A DNA stretch of 64,000 nt from Glaucostegus cemiculus (lineage: Eukaryota). Where the stretch lies: positions 2,356,001 through 2,420,000 of the forward strand of contig CDPCPM010000231.1 of assembly GCA_976551045.1 (NCBI GenBank), given 5' to 3'. The stretch's first letter is position 1, and every line of letters begins with the position of its first letter. The notes below the pieces were generated by a model that saw only the letters and a program-made list of their open reading frames with translations, ran no database searches and was not told the DNA's origin. The position numbers and the translations under genes are program-made. Shown piece by piece: positions 37,636 through 50,775 of the stretch.

Positions 37636-40329
37636 GTATGGGGAAATACATTTGAGTTACTGACTCAATTTTCCTTCAAATATGTAACACAGCTCAGAAA
37701 CCTAGAATTTCCTTAAAATTAAAAATATTGGACGTCCAAAACAAAACTTAATTAGGCAAAATTTGTTCACAAGAGATCCAAAAAATATTCCATCAACTAA
37801 TCCTGCACAAAGACCTTGGTTAATCATAGGTCTCTACCACACTTCTCTCCATGGCTTCCAAGTTCTTTCTAGGTGACACCCCTGTAAGATATAGAGGCAC
37901 AAGAGGTAGCAATCTGGAGCAAAATGGGAAACTGCTGGAGGAAGTCAGCGGGTCAGGCAGCACCTGTGGATACAGAGGGATGGTCGACATTTCAGGTCCA
38001 GACCTTGTATCAGAATTGAATAAGGAATACAGATGGACAGAATCAAGCGATGAGAGGGAGGGCTGAGGCAGGGGCTGATAGGCGGTTCCACATAAACATG
38101 TTACTTCCTAAACCTCGAGCTTTTATCCTCGACGATCACCTTTGATGAGGCACCTTATCTGGAAATCTAAGTGTGGTGCACCACGATTGCACCCTTCTCT
38201 GCAGCACATTCTATTTCTTCAAAGATTCTAATAAATGGGTCAAATACAATTCCCTCTGAAAAAAAAACACATCCACGTTTCCCGATTATCTTGGAATTTT
38301 TTCCCCCCTAAATTGATCTGCTTTGATGTCATCTTCTAATACTTTGTCTATGACAGATGTTAAACTAACCAGCTTATCACTGCTTGGTTTTCATCTTCCT
38401 CCTTCTCTGAATATAGGTTACATTTACTCTTCTATTGGAACCTTCCCCAATGTAGGAATTTTGAAAGTAAAACCAATCTACTTGATACTTGAAATTGATA
38501 TTTCGTGTGCAATGCAAATACTCTTACTGATAACAAGTGCTCTTCTGAAGATGAAACAAGACAAAATTTTTCACAAAATGTAAACAGTACAAGAAGTAGA
38601 TTGTTTCCTGCCTTTATCAACAGATTTCCATCCAAATGCTTTGATAATCAATAAAAGAAATCTGAAGCACCTTCAAACAAGTTTATCCAAAGATTTTGTG
38701 CATCTTCATATCCAGGGAAATAAAGGGTCTCGCACGCAAAAAAAAAATTGAAATAATGAAAGTCTCTCTAACAGCCAAAGATGAAAGGAGTTCACAAATT
38801 GTATAATCCTGGCTTATTCCAACTTCAAAAGAACACTTCTCATTAGTATAAGAATTTACACAGTGAATCACAACTTGAGTTACTTAAAGCCAGTGGACGC
38901 ATGATCTGCAGAGTTGTGTAATTAATGAGAAAGAGCAGGAATACAATGGGTTAGATAGTTTTGAATAAAATTGGGTGGAACCTGTCAACGTTTATCTGTA
39001 TTGAGAAAAGGAACCCAACCCTGCAGTCTAAAAAAAAAGATTAGGCAAATTCCACTTGTTAATAATACTAGACACACCTTGAAAAAACAAGTAAGAGTTC
39101 AATTATTTGGTAGAATTAATTTCAAACTTGAATATAGAAAATAAGTGTGAAGGCACTAATTAACACATCTGGGTGAGCATGGCTTGGTTTCTGTCCCCCA
39201 TCTGAAAAGGCAAAATCATATTTATTATTACTGCATGATTACACACTCATCATTACACATGAAATCAACTCAACACCATTTTGGGGCCTATAGGCTCACT
39301 TCTTCATTCACCAATTTTCCCAGTGCTCCAATACCTTGATTGGTATCTCCAGCACGATTTCTGATTGGTTCAGTGGAACAGGATCGTTAGTTTCAAAAAT
39401 TCTTCAGGCAACTCTTCAGGGGGAAAAAGATCTCTTACAATCTTGACAGTTCCTTATTTCCAAACTAGATCCCTGTTGCTCACTCCCAAAATATCCCATT
39501 CTTTAATGGGCGGCAATCTGATTACTTGTTTCCTGATCCCAACCTCTCCCATTCTTCCCTGCTTATTCTTTGATGTTGTGCCTGTAAAGGAAGGGTTAAA
39601 CTACATGAACCTTCAGGGATGTCCCAAAATATAAGTAACTTCTGATTTTTAGTGGTGCTGCTCAAGAAATATCCTGTTTTATAAGGTGACTATTGTATAA
39701 GAACCCAGGATTATATATTAATAATAATGGAAAGCCCATCATTACTCATTGTTAGAATGGGGGGAATCTACAGCAACTTTTATCTTATTGTAAGTTATCA
39801 TAGGCAGGCCTGCACAGGTTCAACAGGCATACTGCCCAAGTACTGAGAAATTGCAGGAAGTTGGCATGACACTCCTGGATTCCAACAGCTAACCTGGCAT
39901 ACTGCCAGTCAAGACCTGTTTACGTGAGAGGCCCAAACTTAGTAAGTTACATGAGGAACATCCAGCAGTCACATGTGGAACTGCTGTCATGTCTCATACA
40001 AATTCCAGACTGCTGTACTGTTAAGCTGGAAAAGCATTACTTTGACCAGAAACATGAATTGCATCCAACCAATCATAGACTCAAAAAAAAAAAAATTGTC
40101 TGTTGCTTGGTCAGAGAACCTGTGGAGAATGTAATGGGCTTCGCAGTTCTTGTACTCTAAAAAGCATGGCTATCATGTAGGAAACATAGCAGGAAATTTG
40201 CACACCACAGAGCCTTAACAAGGGAAATGAGCAGATGTGTTGCATATTACAATTTAAAAAAAAACAAGGGATAAATGTTCGCCCAGACACTGAAGAAAGT
40301 GCCCTGTTCTTTTAACAGCTGGCTGCCTT

Positions 40330-41670
40330 CCAGCAGCTCCCACCACTGGAGACATCCCAGCTGGTTATTCTGCTGGGTAGCTTCAATTGTATCAATGTGG
40401 CTGGATGATCTGGCAGAGTTGACCACAAACTGGATACCATCTCCAGAGTTCTGACTGAAATGATAACCTACAGACACAGCACCACAACAATACTCCTGGT
40501 CGATTCCAGATGGCTCAGTCTTGCCAAGACGAACTTCCTGCTCAGGGTCTCAAGCACTCGTGATCAGATCCACTGACGTCACACCAATGTTCTTCTCACT
40601 CCTTCTTACTGGAAAGCCCAGCATGAAACTGCTGATCCCAGAAAATACAGAGCAGCTTCAAACACTTTACACAGGCTGGAGAACTACAAAACTCCTCTTT
40701 GATTCTCCAAAATACTGTTGGGAAGCAAACAAGACAAATATCAAGAAGTTTTTATTTCTCAAAGATGTTCAAAAGGCAAGGAAGTCAAAAAGAAATGCAT
40801 CAATTCCAAAAAAGCATGCAAAATCTGCTCCTGCTGCACTTGATTGGAATGGATGTGGAGGAGGAACTCCAAGAGGCAAGGATTCAGCAACGTGTACTCT
40901 TTGATCAGAGTATTCCAAAAACATCTTCCCATCTCGAGACTTCTCCACAGAGCAGCTGGAGGCATGCTCATGCTCATTCCAAAAGGCTCATAGAGGGCAC
41001 TCTGTGATTAAGAGCCTCAAGGAAGAGGATGATTTAGTAATACCCTCAGAGAGAGACATACTAAAGATCAGAAAATCCTTCTATACCCGCATGTACAATT
41101 TGAAGGCTACAAGGCAGCACTGTTTCTCCGAACTTACTGTTCTCTGTCTCAAACATTTTAGATGACAGTGAGCAGGAGAGCCTAGACCAGCCATCCACTC
41201 TGAATATGCTAAGCAAGTCTATCCATTCCTTTGAGATGGATAAAACTCAAGGAAGTGGTGGCTTGTAGGCCAAGCTGTATTTGGCTCCATTGAACTGGAT
41301 GGGCCAAACCAGATGGAAAGGAAATGTACTATCCATCTATCTGAGAGCACCTCATTGACAATTAGAAGAGACAGGGAGAGCAAAAATTAGTGAATCATTT
41401 CACTGTTAAATGTGGATTATAAGATTCTGTACAAGGTGATTCACCTACACCAGACTTGTGATATGCCTAACAAGAAGATCTCTGACAGCCTTGTGCTATA
41501 AACGTACATTTACCTCTGTGCATGACAGGAGGGTGAACATACTTTAGAGGGGGAATCCATAATTGGATACAACTGGATATCAACAGTACCGTTCATATTA
41601 ACAAGTGGAAAACAGACAGCCTGATTAAATCTGGGATTAAGCAAGGCTGGCTTCTCCCCTTAAGCTTCTG
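40330..41670 (+). mobile_element. Degraded L1/Tx1-clade ORF2 remnant (approximate)
   Basis: LDQP..L, K..GS.GL, SLLNVDYKIL.KVI and SGI.QG..LSP remnants. Confidence 0.7.
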
Positions 41671-41704
41671 GAGATCAGTTCATCTTCTACTCACCCAACT
41701 ATTG

Positions 41705-41756
41705 ACAGTAACAGAAATTTTGACCAGGGATGCCCAAACTTTTGCATGCCACTGTA
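41705..41756 (+). mobile_element. Isolated terminal fragment of the same Tc1 family
   Basis: ACAGTAACAGAAATTTTGACCAGGGATGCCCAAACTTTTGCATGCCACTG-TA matches 13585-13636. Confidence 0.85.
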
Positions 41757-41944
41757 TATTTCATGAAAAAAAATGTTTTTAGAAATAAATAGGTGTCATG
41801 GACCTTTTACATTCACCTAAGTGCTTCTAAACTGAATCCCTGGTTTAAGTTATTTCAGTCTCTTATTCAATGTTAATTCTCTTTGTCCACTTTAGCAGCT
41901 ATTTCTGTTGAATTCCATTCAATGGCAGTTTTTGCTTGTGCTGC

Positions 41945-42502
41945 TTCTACAGATCTATACTGTTGAAAATGCCCTGACTGGTTGCATCATGGTCTGGTAG
42001 GGCAATTCAAATGCACAGGAACATAATAAGCTGCAGAGAGTAGTGGACCCTGCCCAATACATTATGGACCCATCCCTCCCCACCACTGGTAGTATCTACA
42101 GGAGGCAATGTCTCATGAAGGCAACATCCAAAGATCCCCACCATCCAGGCCATGCAATCTTCTTGCAGCTACCATCGGGCAGGAGGTACAAAAGCCCAAA
42201 GTTCCACACCACCACCAGGTTCAAGAACAGCTACTTCCCTTTAAACCATTGGGTTCTTGAATCAACTGGCACAACCCTAATCACTAGAGTTTAACAACAC
42301 TATGACCACTTTGATCACCAAAACTAAAATGGAATTTTTTTGTTCTAATTGTGTTCTATCTTGTAAAAATTGTGTATTATTTATGCTTTTCTTGTGAATG
42401 CTGTTTATATGATGCTATGTGCCTGTGATATTGCTGCAAGTAAGATTTTCATTGCACCTGTGCATACATGTACTGGTCCATAAGATAATAAACTTGACTT
42501 TG
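41945..42502 (+). mobile_element. Rex1-like LINE 3' fragment
   Basis: ORF 42043..42294 KDPHHPGHAIF..LPSGRRYKS..TTRFKNSYFP. Confidence 0.8.
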
Positions 42503-43021
42503 CCTGATGGTTTAGCACGAAACACTACTCAAAATGGTGTTCTGATATCCATTTTTATCATTTATATTCAGCATTGCTGGTCTCTAACTTCTGGCTAAAA
42601 GACTTACCACTCTTAATTGTGCCCAGTGTTCAAGAACAAAAAAGAAAGGCCTGCACTACAAGCAGACAATAGGACAAAACCATTTAAAAGACAAAGGTGA
42701 AAAGTACAAAAAAATACAATAAAATATAAAGCATGAGGGACAAGACACAAATGAAACACAGATTTTAAAAACAAAATCATCTACACTATAGATGAGGCAG
42801 AAGGTCTTGCCAAGGGATTATGAGCAGCTTGGGGCAAGACTGAAAAGCAGAGGGTAAACAAGAGGAATCAACATGGGGCTCATGATATGGGAGAAATGGG
42901 CTCAAATTCATGGGGCACTGGCAAAGGCACTGCAGGAAAGAGCTGTTCTGTTAGGACAGTGTTCACTTGAAACACACTAGGACCACCGTACTGGCAAATA
43001 GCTTAACCAAGGTTACAGATA

Positions 43022-43307
43022 TGACGACACGGTAGCATAGTGGTTAGCACAATGGTTTACAGCGCCAGCAACCCAGGTTCAAATCCGACCACTGTCTGTA
43101 AGGAGTTTATACGCTCTCTCCATGTCTGTGTGGGTTTCCTCCGGGTGCTCCGGTTTCCTCCCACTTTCCAAAGGCGTACAGGTTAGGAAGTTATGGGCAT
43201 GATTTGTTGGCGCCAGAAGCGTGGCAACACTTGCCCCCCAAAATCACTATGCAAAAGATGTATTTTACTGTGTGTTTCGATGTACATGTGACTAATGAAA
43301 TCTTATC
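43022..43307 (+). mobile_element. V-SINE
   Basis: Same consensus as 21113-21420. Confidence 0.85.
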
Positions 43308-45344
43308 TAGATGGAGCTTTAAACTAATTGGGGAATGGTTTTAAGTGACAGGAAGTTGATTAAATCAAAAAGAAGTGACAGAGTAATAATAGTACAAGGT
43401 AATGAAAGGATGAATGAAAATCAAAGCATGACCCAAAAGGGACAGAAAATATAAGCAAAAGTGTGTGATAAAAACTGGAACCAGAGTAATAACTGTAGAA
43501 AGTCAAAGTTTGCAGCACTTTGCCTTAATGCACAGAATTATTGTAACAAGACAGACAAATTGACAGCACAAATAAAAATAAATGAGTCTGATTTAATAGC
43601 TGTTACAGAGAAATGGTTGCAGAGTGACCAAGACTAAGAATGTAGATGGTCTAAAACACAAAGAAAAGAGTTGGGTAGCACTGTTAATCAAGGAGGGTAT
43701 CAATGCTGTGGTGAGTAGTAATACAAATGTGGTAAGTTATGATGTGGATTCAGTTTGGGTCGAGTAAGAGGAATGGGGAAAGAAGGAAAGAAGACATGGA
43801 TGGGGGAGTGGTCCACAGGCCCCAAAGTGCTACCTCACAGTAGGAAAAGGCTTAAATGCAAAAGTATTGAAGCTGTGCAAGAAGGGACAACTTTATTATG
43901 GGCAACTTTAATCTGCCACTTGATTGGACTGGCAAAGATACCATGGAAAAGGAATCTGTGGAATTCATCAGGGATGACTTATTAGAGCAATATGTTGTAT
44001 AACACCTTGGAACAGGCCATTTTAGATGTCATGTATAATGAGGTAGGATTAGTAAGATATCTTTTAGTTAAGGATACACTAGTGATCATAACATTGTAGA
44101 ATTCAATTTAAAGCCAAAACCAGTGCCCTCAACTTAAGTAAAGAAATTACAAAGATATGAAATGAGGTGTCGAGAGTGGGCTGGGAAAACAGGCTAAAGG
44201 AAAGGTCAGCAGATGAATAGCAATAGATACTTAAGGTGCTATTTCATAAAACTCAACAGAAATTTATCCTACTCAAAAAGAGGGACTTAGTAAGAAAAAT
44301 GAACCATCCATGGTTAACAAAAAAGGATCATAGATAATATGAAAACAAAAAGTAAAGCATACAAAGTGGCAAAAGTGGTTGACCAGAGGAGTGAGAATTT
44401 TTCAAGAACCAGTAGTGCGCTACAGCAAAGCTAATAAAGAGGGAGAAATTTGAGAGAGTAATCTGGCAAGTAATGTCAACACAAACAGTAAAAGCTTCTG
44501 AAAAAAGCTTGAATGTGAGAATGGGGAATTTATAACTGGAAACAAGAAATTTAAACTAATACTTGGCATCTACGCAGTGGAAGGCAATGCAAACATCCCA
44601 AGATAACAGAGGGCTACTTTCAAAGGAGGCAAGAATGCCTAACAGTCTCTATGGGAAAATAATTAATTGGATTAGTTACAGACAAGTTACCAGGACCCGA
44701 TGGCTTACATATAAGGATTTTACAGGAAGTGACTGCAGAGATAGTAGTGCGATTGATTGAAGTTTTTCAAAACTCACTAGCTCCAGCAGTGTATCAGAAA
44801 TTTAAACTGCTAATGTGACATCCTTGCTCAAAGGAGGGAAACAGAAAGTGGGAGAATTTTGACCATTTAGTATAATGCCCATTGTTGGGAAGATGTTGGA
44901 ACCAATGATCAAAGAATACATAGCTTGTCATTTTGAAAAAAACTTTAAGCAATCAAGCCAAGTCAACATGACTTTATGAAAGGAATATCATGTTTGACAA
45001 ATTTGCAGAGTCAATAGAAGGGAACACAGACGTAGTGTGTTTGGATTTCCAGAAGGCATTCAATAATGTTGCTACGAAAGGATAGACGAGAATGATAACA
45101 GCTCACAGTATTGGGGGAAGTGTGTTAATATGGATTGAAAGACTGGTTACCACAAATACAGTCAGAAGCAATAGGTCTTTCTCAGACTGGATGGACCAAT
45201 TAGTGGAGCGCCCCAAGGATCAGTCCTTGGCCCTCAATTATTTACTTTATCAACTGGGATTCCTTGCACACAACTTCGATTGTGCAGAAGAATATAAATA
45301 GGTTGAGTGAGTAGGTAAAAACTTGGCAAATGGAATTTAATATA

Positions 45345-45585
45345 GGGCGGCACAATAGCGTAGCGGTTAGCGCGACGCTGTTACAGCGCCAGCGATCGAG
45401 GTTTGATTCCCGTCGCTGTCTGTAAGGAGCTTGTACGTTCTCCCGTGTCTGCGTGGGTTTCCTTCGGGTGCTCCGGTTTCCTCCCACATTCTGAAAGCCG
45501 TATGGGTAGGTTAATTTGAGGGTTAAAAATGGGCAGCGTGGACTCGGAGGGCCGAAAGGGCCTGTTACCACGTTGTAAATAAAAT
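45345..45585 (+). mobile_element. V-SINE (CR1-tailed subfamily)
   Basis: gggcggcacaatagcgtagcggttagc..., tail gggccgaaagggcctgttacc. Confidence 0.88.
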
Positions 45586-46436
45586 TTTAAAAAAATATAT
45601 AAAGCGCATGGTCATGTACTTCAGAAGGAGGAACCTAAATTGAATTCTACCATGTTATGAATAGTTGAGCATCAGAAGCACAAAAAAGTAGCATGTAGGT
45701 GCAGCAAGTAATTAAGAAGGCAAATGGCATATTGGCCTTTATTGCTAGGGGGATGGAATTTAAGAACATACACGTTTTGTTACCATTGTGCTTGCCTACT
45801 TGTCAAAAAAAAATCACACATGGAATTATTATTTACAGGTTATATATATATATATACACACACACACGTTATGGGGGTGGTGTGGTGGGACTGAGTCCCT
45901 CGGATATGGTCCATATCATGATTTTCCATAACACAAAGCCGTGTCATTGGCGAATCAAGAAAGAAGTTGAAAAAAATAAATTTGTGATGATTTATTTACT
46001 CTCCTCTAAACACAAACAAATTCTGTGAGCGCGAAATTTATCCTGTATCTCAGATTTTTGGGTGGTGATTTGTGAACTCTGCAAGGGCAAATTTTCATAA
46101 CCCAAACAGCAGTTGCCTGTACAGTTTCGGTCCCCTTATTTGAGAAGGAATATACCAGCATTGAACACAGTCCAGAAGGGATTCGTTAGGCTAATTTCTA
46201 GATGAGAAGATTGTCCCATTACCAATAGCTAAAAAAGATGGACAAGTATTTTAGAAGAATAAGGAGTGATCTTATTCACAATTCTTCCAACCCAAGGGAT
46301 TGCATCCTCTGCTCAAGATGTGGTCTCCTTTACAGTGCAGAAATTAAACATTATGTGGATGACTGGTTTAAGAAACACCTTTATTCAGTCCACAAGGGCA
46401 ACCATGAGCTTTAATTCCCCATTCCACTGCTACATT

Positions 46437-46667
46437 TTTTTTTATTTACAGCGTGGTAACAGGCCCTTTCGGCCCAACGAATCCACACCGCCCATTTTAA
46501 ACCCCCAAATTAACCTACCCGTACGTCTTTATAATGTGGGAGGAAACCAGAGCACCCGGAGGAAACCCACACAGACACAGGAGAATGTACAAACTCCTTA
46601 CAGTCAGCGACGGGAATCGAACCCCGACCGCTGGCGCTGTAACAGCATCGCGCTAACCGCTACGCTA
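46437..46667 (-). mobile_element. V-SINE (same subfamily, inverted relative to 45345)
   Basis: ORFs 45242..45571(-) and 46266..46718(+) share NVGGN.STRRKPTQT.ENVQ.PY.QRRESN.DRWRCNS. Confidence 0.88.
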
Positions 46668-46894
46668 TTTTGGTTGTGGCCTCCTGCACCATTCCAACAA
46701 AGCCCAATGCAAGCTTGATAAATAGGACCTCATCTTTCATCTAGACACACTGTGGTACCGGGGACAAAATCAAATTCAATAATTTCAGGTTCCTCACTTT
46801 TCCCATTTATAACAGAACTGGCCATGTAAGCTGTATATTTACCCATCTGTAACTAAAAAAGCTGTTCAATCTGTTGGACATTTCCAACATTAGC

Positions 46895-47505
46895 TTTCTG
46901 GTTAGAGGACTAGAGTATAAAAGCAAGAATGTACAGCTGAGGCTTTATAAGGCACTGGTCAGGCTGCATTTGGAATACTGAGAGCAATTTTGAACCTCTG
47001 TATCCAAGGAAAGGTGTGCTGGCACTAGAGAGGGTCCATGACATTCACAAGAATAAGTCTTTCATTCCTGGAATCAATGTACAAGGAGCGTTTGATGGCT
47101 CAGGGCCTGTACTCGATGGAGTTCAGGAGGAGGAGAGGGGCATCTCATAGAAACCTACTGACACTGAAAGGCCTGGATGGGGAGGATGTTTCCATTAGTA
47201 GAAGAGTCCAGGATTTGAGGGTATAGCCTCAGAATAAAGAGACATCCCTTTAAAACTGAGATGAGGAGGAATTTCTTTAGCCAGAGGGTAGTGAATCTGT
47301 GGAATTTGTTACCATGGAAGGCTGTGGAGGCCAAGTCATTGGGTGTATTTAAGGCAGAATGATAGGTTCTTGATTGGTAAAGGAGTTGACGGTTATGGGG
47401 AAAAGGCGGGAGAATGGGTTTTTAAAAAATCAGCCATTACTGAAAGGCAAAGCAACTCAATGGGCCAAATAGCCCAATTCTGCTTCTATATCTTATGGTC
47501 TATGG
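46895..47505 (+). mobile_element. CR1 3' fragment
   Basis: aaaactgagatgaggaggaatttctttagccagagggtagtgaatctgtggaat and typical tail. Confidence 0.8.
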
Positions 47506-47514
47506 TTTCAGGTT

Positions 47515-48200
47515 TCATGGAGTCATAAAGTTGTACAGAATGGAATCAGGCTCTTCAGCCCAACTCGTCCAGGATGGTTATCTGAGCTAGAGTTATGTGC
47601 CTGTGTTTGGCCCTTACCCCTCTAAACCTCTTCTATTCATGTATCTGTCCAAATGTCTTTTAAATATTGTAAACACACGAGCCTCTACAGCTTCCTCTGG
47701 CAGCTTGTTCCATATATGCATCACCCTGTGTGAAAACATTGCCCCTCAGCCCACTTCTAAATCTATGTTCTCTAGTTTTAGTCCTTTTCCTAGGGTCAGG
47801 GAGTCTATGACCATTCACCTTATCTATGCCCCTCATGATTTCATACATCTCCATAAGATCACCCCTCAGCCTCCAGCACTTCAGGGAAAAATAGTCCCAG
47901 CCATTCCAGCCTCTCCTTATAACTCAAGCCCTCCAATCCCAGTAACAACTTTGTGAATCTTTTCTGCACTCTTTCCAGATAAATGACATCTTTCCTATAG
48001 CTGGATGACCAGAACTAAGCACAATACTCCAGGTGTGGTCTTATAAATGACTTGTACAGTTGGAAGATGACATCCTAGCTCCTGTATTCAATGCCCTCTG
48101 ACTGATGAGGAAAGCATTTGGCATGCTTGCCTTCGCCACCCTCTCTACCCGTGTCCCCACTTTCAGGGAACTATGTATCTGTACCCCTAGGTCTCTGTTC
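47515..48200 (-). mobile_element. CR1 3' fragment (opposite orientation)
   Basis: ORFs 47660..47854 and 48041..48226 (RDLGVQIHSSLKV). Confidence 0.8.
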
Positions 48201-49639
48201 TCCAACAGCTCTGATATGCGTTCCACAGGTATAACACATCACTTCATTTTCTCCCTCTAACTGCCCTCATTAATCAATTAACCATCTTCTTAAACATTTG
48301 AATCACCTAGACAATCCTTCCCTCACCTTATCAAAGATAATCACTTTATCCTGTCCACCCATTGTCCACCCTCTCAGCCACTTAAAACTAACTTGTTTAC
48401 TCACATTCCCAATTTCAATGGGGGCTCTTCAGTCTGAAACATTAACTCTTTCCACAGATACTGCCTTACATACTGAGTATATCCAGCATTTTCTGTTTCT
48501 CTTCTGAAGCTGTCGCACCAGAGCAAACATTAAAACTCAGTTTACTTACAAAAGAGGCAGAGCAATGATAGTACTTCCCCCCTCCCAAAGTAGTTTGTCC
48601 TATATGCTGACCAGTAATTACTCCTTAATCGACAACAATGCCTTTAACAGAAGAAAACATCTCAAATCACTTGGTCAGAGGTATAACCAGACACAGATAC
48701 TGAGACAAAATTACGCAGGCATTTGGAGTACCAAGAGTCAAAGTAATGCAAGGAAGACCAAAGTCATGGGAAAACAGAATAAAGTTCAGAAAGAAACAGG
48801 GAGCAAGGCTAATGGTGCGAGGTTAGAGATGGGCCAGTTTGGGAATGAACCACAGATTGAGAAAGCAAGAGTGAATGCAGTCGTTGGAAGATCTGCTGGA
48901 GGCAAACACGACACTGAAATTGTCAACTACCTGTTTAAGCCTGAGACGTGGCCAGATGAGGTGATGATACCAGTAACAAGGATACTGGATTTGGTTTTTT
49001 TTTTGTAAATCAAGTCATTCAAACTCTGATCTGCAGAACTACACCCCAAAATGCATTTATTCCTTATATCATCAAGGAGGTTACAAAAACATAAATCACA
49101 TCTTTCCAACTTGTAACTTTAAGAAATTATTGCACAAGCACATGGAAGCAACATATGTTTTCAGAAGATGATACAAATCAGCAACCCTCCTCCCAATCTA
49201 CAAGTAATGCCCAATTTACATAAGTAAACGAGCAAAGTGCGAGCCAAGCCACTTGGAAGCTCCAAATAAGTTACACTTGGTTTTCGGAACTGCTTTGAAC
49301 GCACCAATGTGTTCTTACAGAGAAAGAAATATAACAGGATTGCACAATGACTCCCAGCAAAATAAAACACGCGTCCTTCCTCTTTTGCAGCGTGGAAACC
49401 ATAAAATGTTGAAGAAAATCTAAAAATCGAAGTATTTGTCAAGCTGCAGTTTCAAGAAACACGCGAAACGAGCGTCGGAATTACAATGAAACCCTGGCGT
49501 TGTCAACGCCGTCAGTGAAAGGTTAGAAAAATGACTTAAACATCAGACCAAAGGCAAGTGCATGCAAATAACTGGACGGCTGCCTACTCCACCACCACCT
49601 ACACCCATCCACCCTCTGCCTCGGGGGTAACCTGGACCT

Positions 49640-50360
49640 AGGTTTGCTGCTGTAAAGCACAGGATGGGTGACTCACTGCGATCGGTCGCCACTCGCCGGC
49701 CGGCCGCCGGGGCTCCTGGGCTGACGGGGGCTCTGGGTCAGTGCCGGTGGCCGGCGGGCACCGTCGGCTCATGCGGGAGCGCTGTGAGCCCCTCCTCCCC
49801 CCGCCCCGGCCCGCTCACGGCGGAGGTGGGCGGCGGTCCGTTAGCCGAGCTCGCTGCCCTCGCTCTCCTTCTCATGGGCTAAGGGCAGAGCCTATCAATG
49901 CGCGCCATGTACGGCATTTCGGTTTCCAAGCCTCCGAGTCGCTGAGCAAGGAGGGGAGGGAGAAGAAACGCGGCGACCTCTACCCTCCCACCTCCCGCAG
50001 ACGTAACTTCCTGCCCGAACTTCAGTGGTGGCGCAGCTTCAATCCGGGCTGCTCTTCGGCGTCGTTGACTGTTCAACGGGCGGTGAGGGTGACTGCGACG
50101 GGACGGGAGCAATGCTGGGAACACTCAGCAGGTCGGGCAGTATCCGTGGAGGAGGAGCGACAGCCTCTCTGCTGGAGGGGGCTCAGCGGGTCGAGCAGCG
50201 TGTGTGTGTGTGTGGACGGGGGAGGAAGGGGGCTGTGGACGGGGGAGGAAGGGGGCTGTGGACGGGGGAGGAAGGGGGCTGTGGACGGGGGAGGAAGGGG
50301 GCTGTGGACGGTCTCGGGTTGGCACCAGGCATCAGGGCGGCCCCTCCCCGGGCCGTCAGC
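49640..50360 (-). promoter_or_regulatory. ERGIC2: CpG island: ERGIC2 promoter and putative non-coding exon 1
   Basis: Only strongly CpG/GC-rich tract in the window, 13 kb upstream of exon 2; minus-strand donor-like GTGAGT at 49676, YY1-like ACATGGCG near 49903-49911, ETS-like CAGGAAGT near 50005-50013; exact TSS unknown. Confidence 0.75.
50212..50311 (+). repeat. 23-bp G-rich minisatellite, 4.3 copies
   Basis: (GTGGACGGGGGAGGAAGGGGGCT)x4 plus a partial copy, perfect repeats. Confidence 0.95.
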
Positions 50361-50677
50361 ACTGGAGGTTTTAAGTTGCAGAGGAGAGAGGGGGATAAGG
50401 AAAGGACAGGGCAAATATCTGATATAAATTGTGATGGCAAGAAGGAAAACAAACTGCAGTCTTCTGTGATTTTTTTAAAATCTTTTGCTATTCCTCCTTC
50501 AGCAATGCCAGCCTTGAAGGTTCTCTGTTCTCCGCTGGGATGCCCATCTCTGTCTTGCCTTATGCCTCAGTGGTTTCTGTATTGCTTTTTGTCTTTACAC
50601 CCAATCACTGAAATTCCCTTTATCTTGTCCATTTTCTTTCACTTTCTCTACAACTTGTTTTTCTCTGGATCCCAGTT

Positions 50678-50775
50678 ATGATGACGGGTCGCCAACCTGA
50701 AACGTTAACTGTTTTCCTTTCCACAGATGCTGCCTAACCTGCTCAGTGTTTCCAAGATTTTCTTGTGTTTATTTT
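50678..50775 (+). repeat. Short Penelope-like terminal remnant; related copies at ~3380-3530, ~29965-30040, ~37905-38010, ~48420-48500, ~52885-53000, ~55315-55420, ~60195-60270, ~63150-63240
   Basis: Recurrent tgatgaagggtc..cctgaaacgttaactg..tccacagatgctgcc..cctgctgagt..tccagcat motif. Confidence 0.55.

Larger units (their letters stand above)
42790..46290 (+). mobile_element. Long, heavily degraded CR1 interrupted by two SINEs (approximate)
   Basis: Endonuclease remnants (LNA.., DLIAVTE.W, SDHNIV), RT remnants (LDFQKAF, PQGSVLG), VIKKANGILAFIARGMEFK. Confidence 0.7.

Noticed and set aside
45345-45420. tRNA-like sequences here and at 21113, 43022, 46667, 59203
   Set aside because: These are SINE heads followed by the V-domain, not tRNA genes
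49664-50681. Long overlapping ORFs (228 aa, 218 aa and others) at the CpG island
   Set aside because: Expected from GC-rich, stop-poor sequence and the 23-bp minisatellite; low complexity and no recognisable domain
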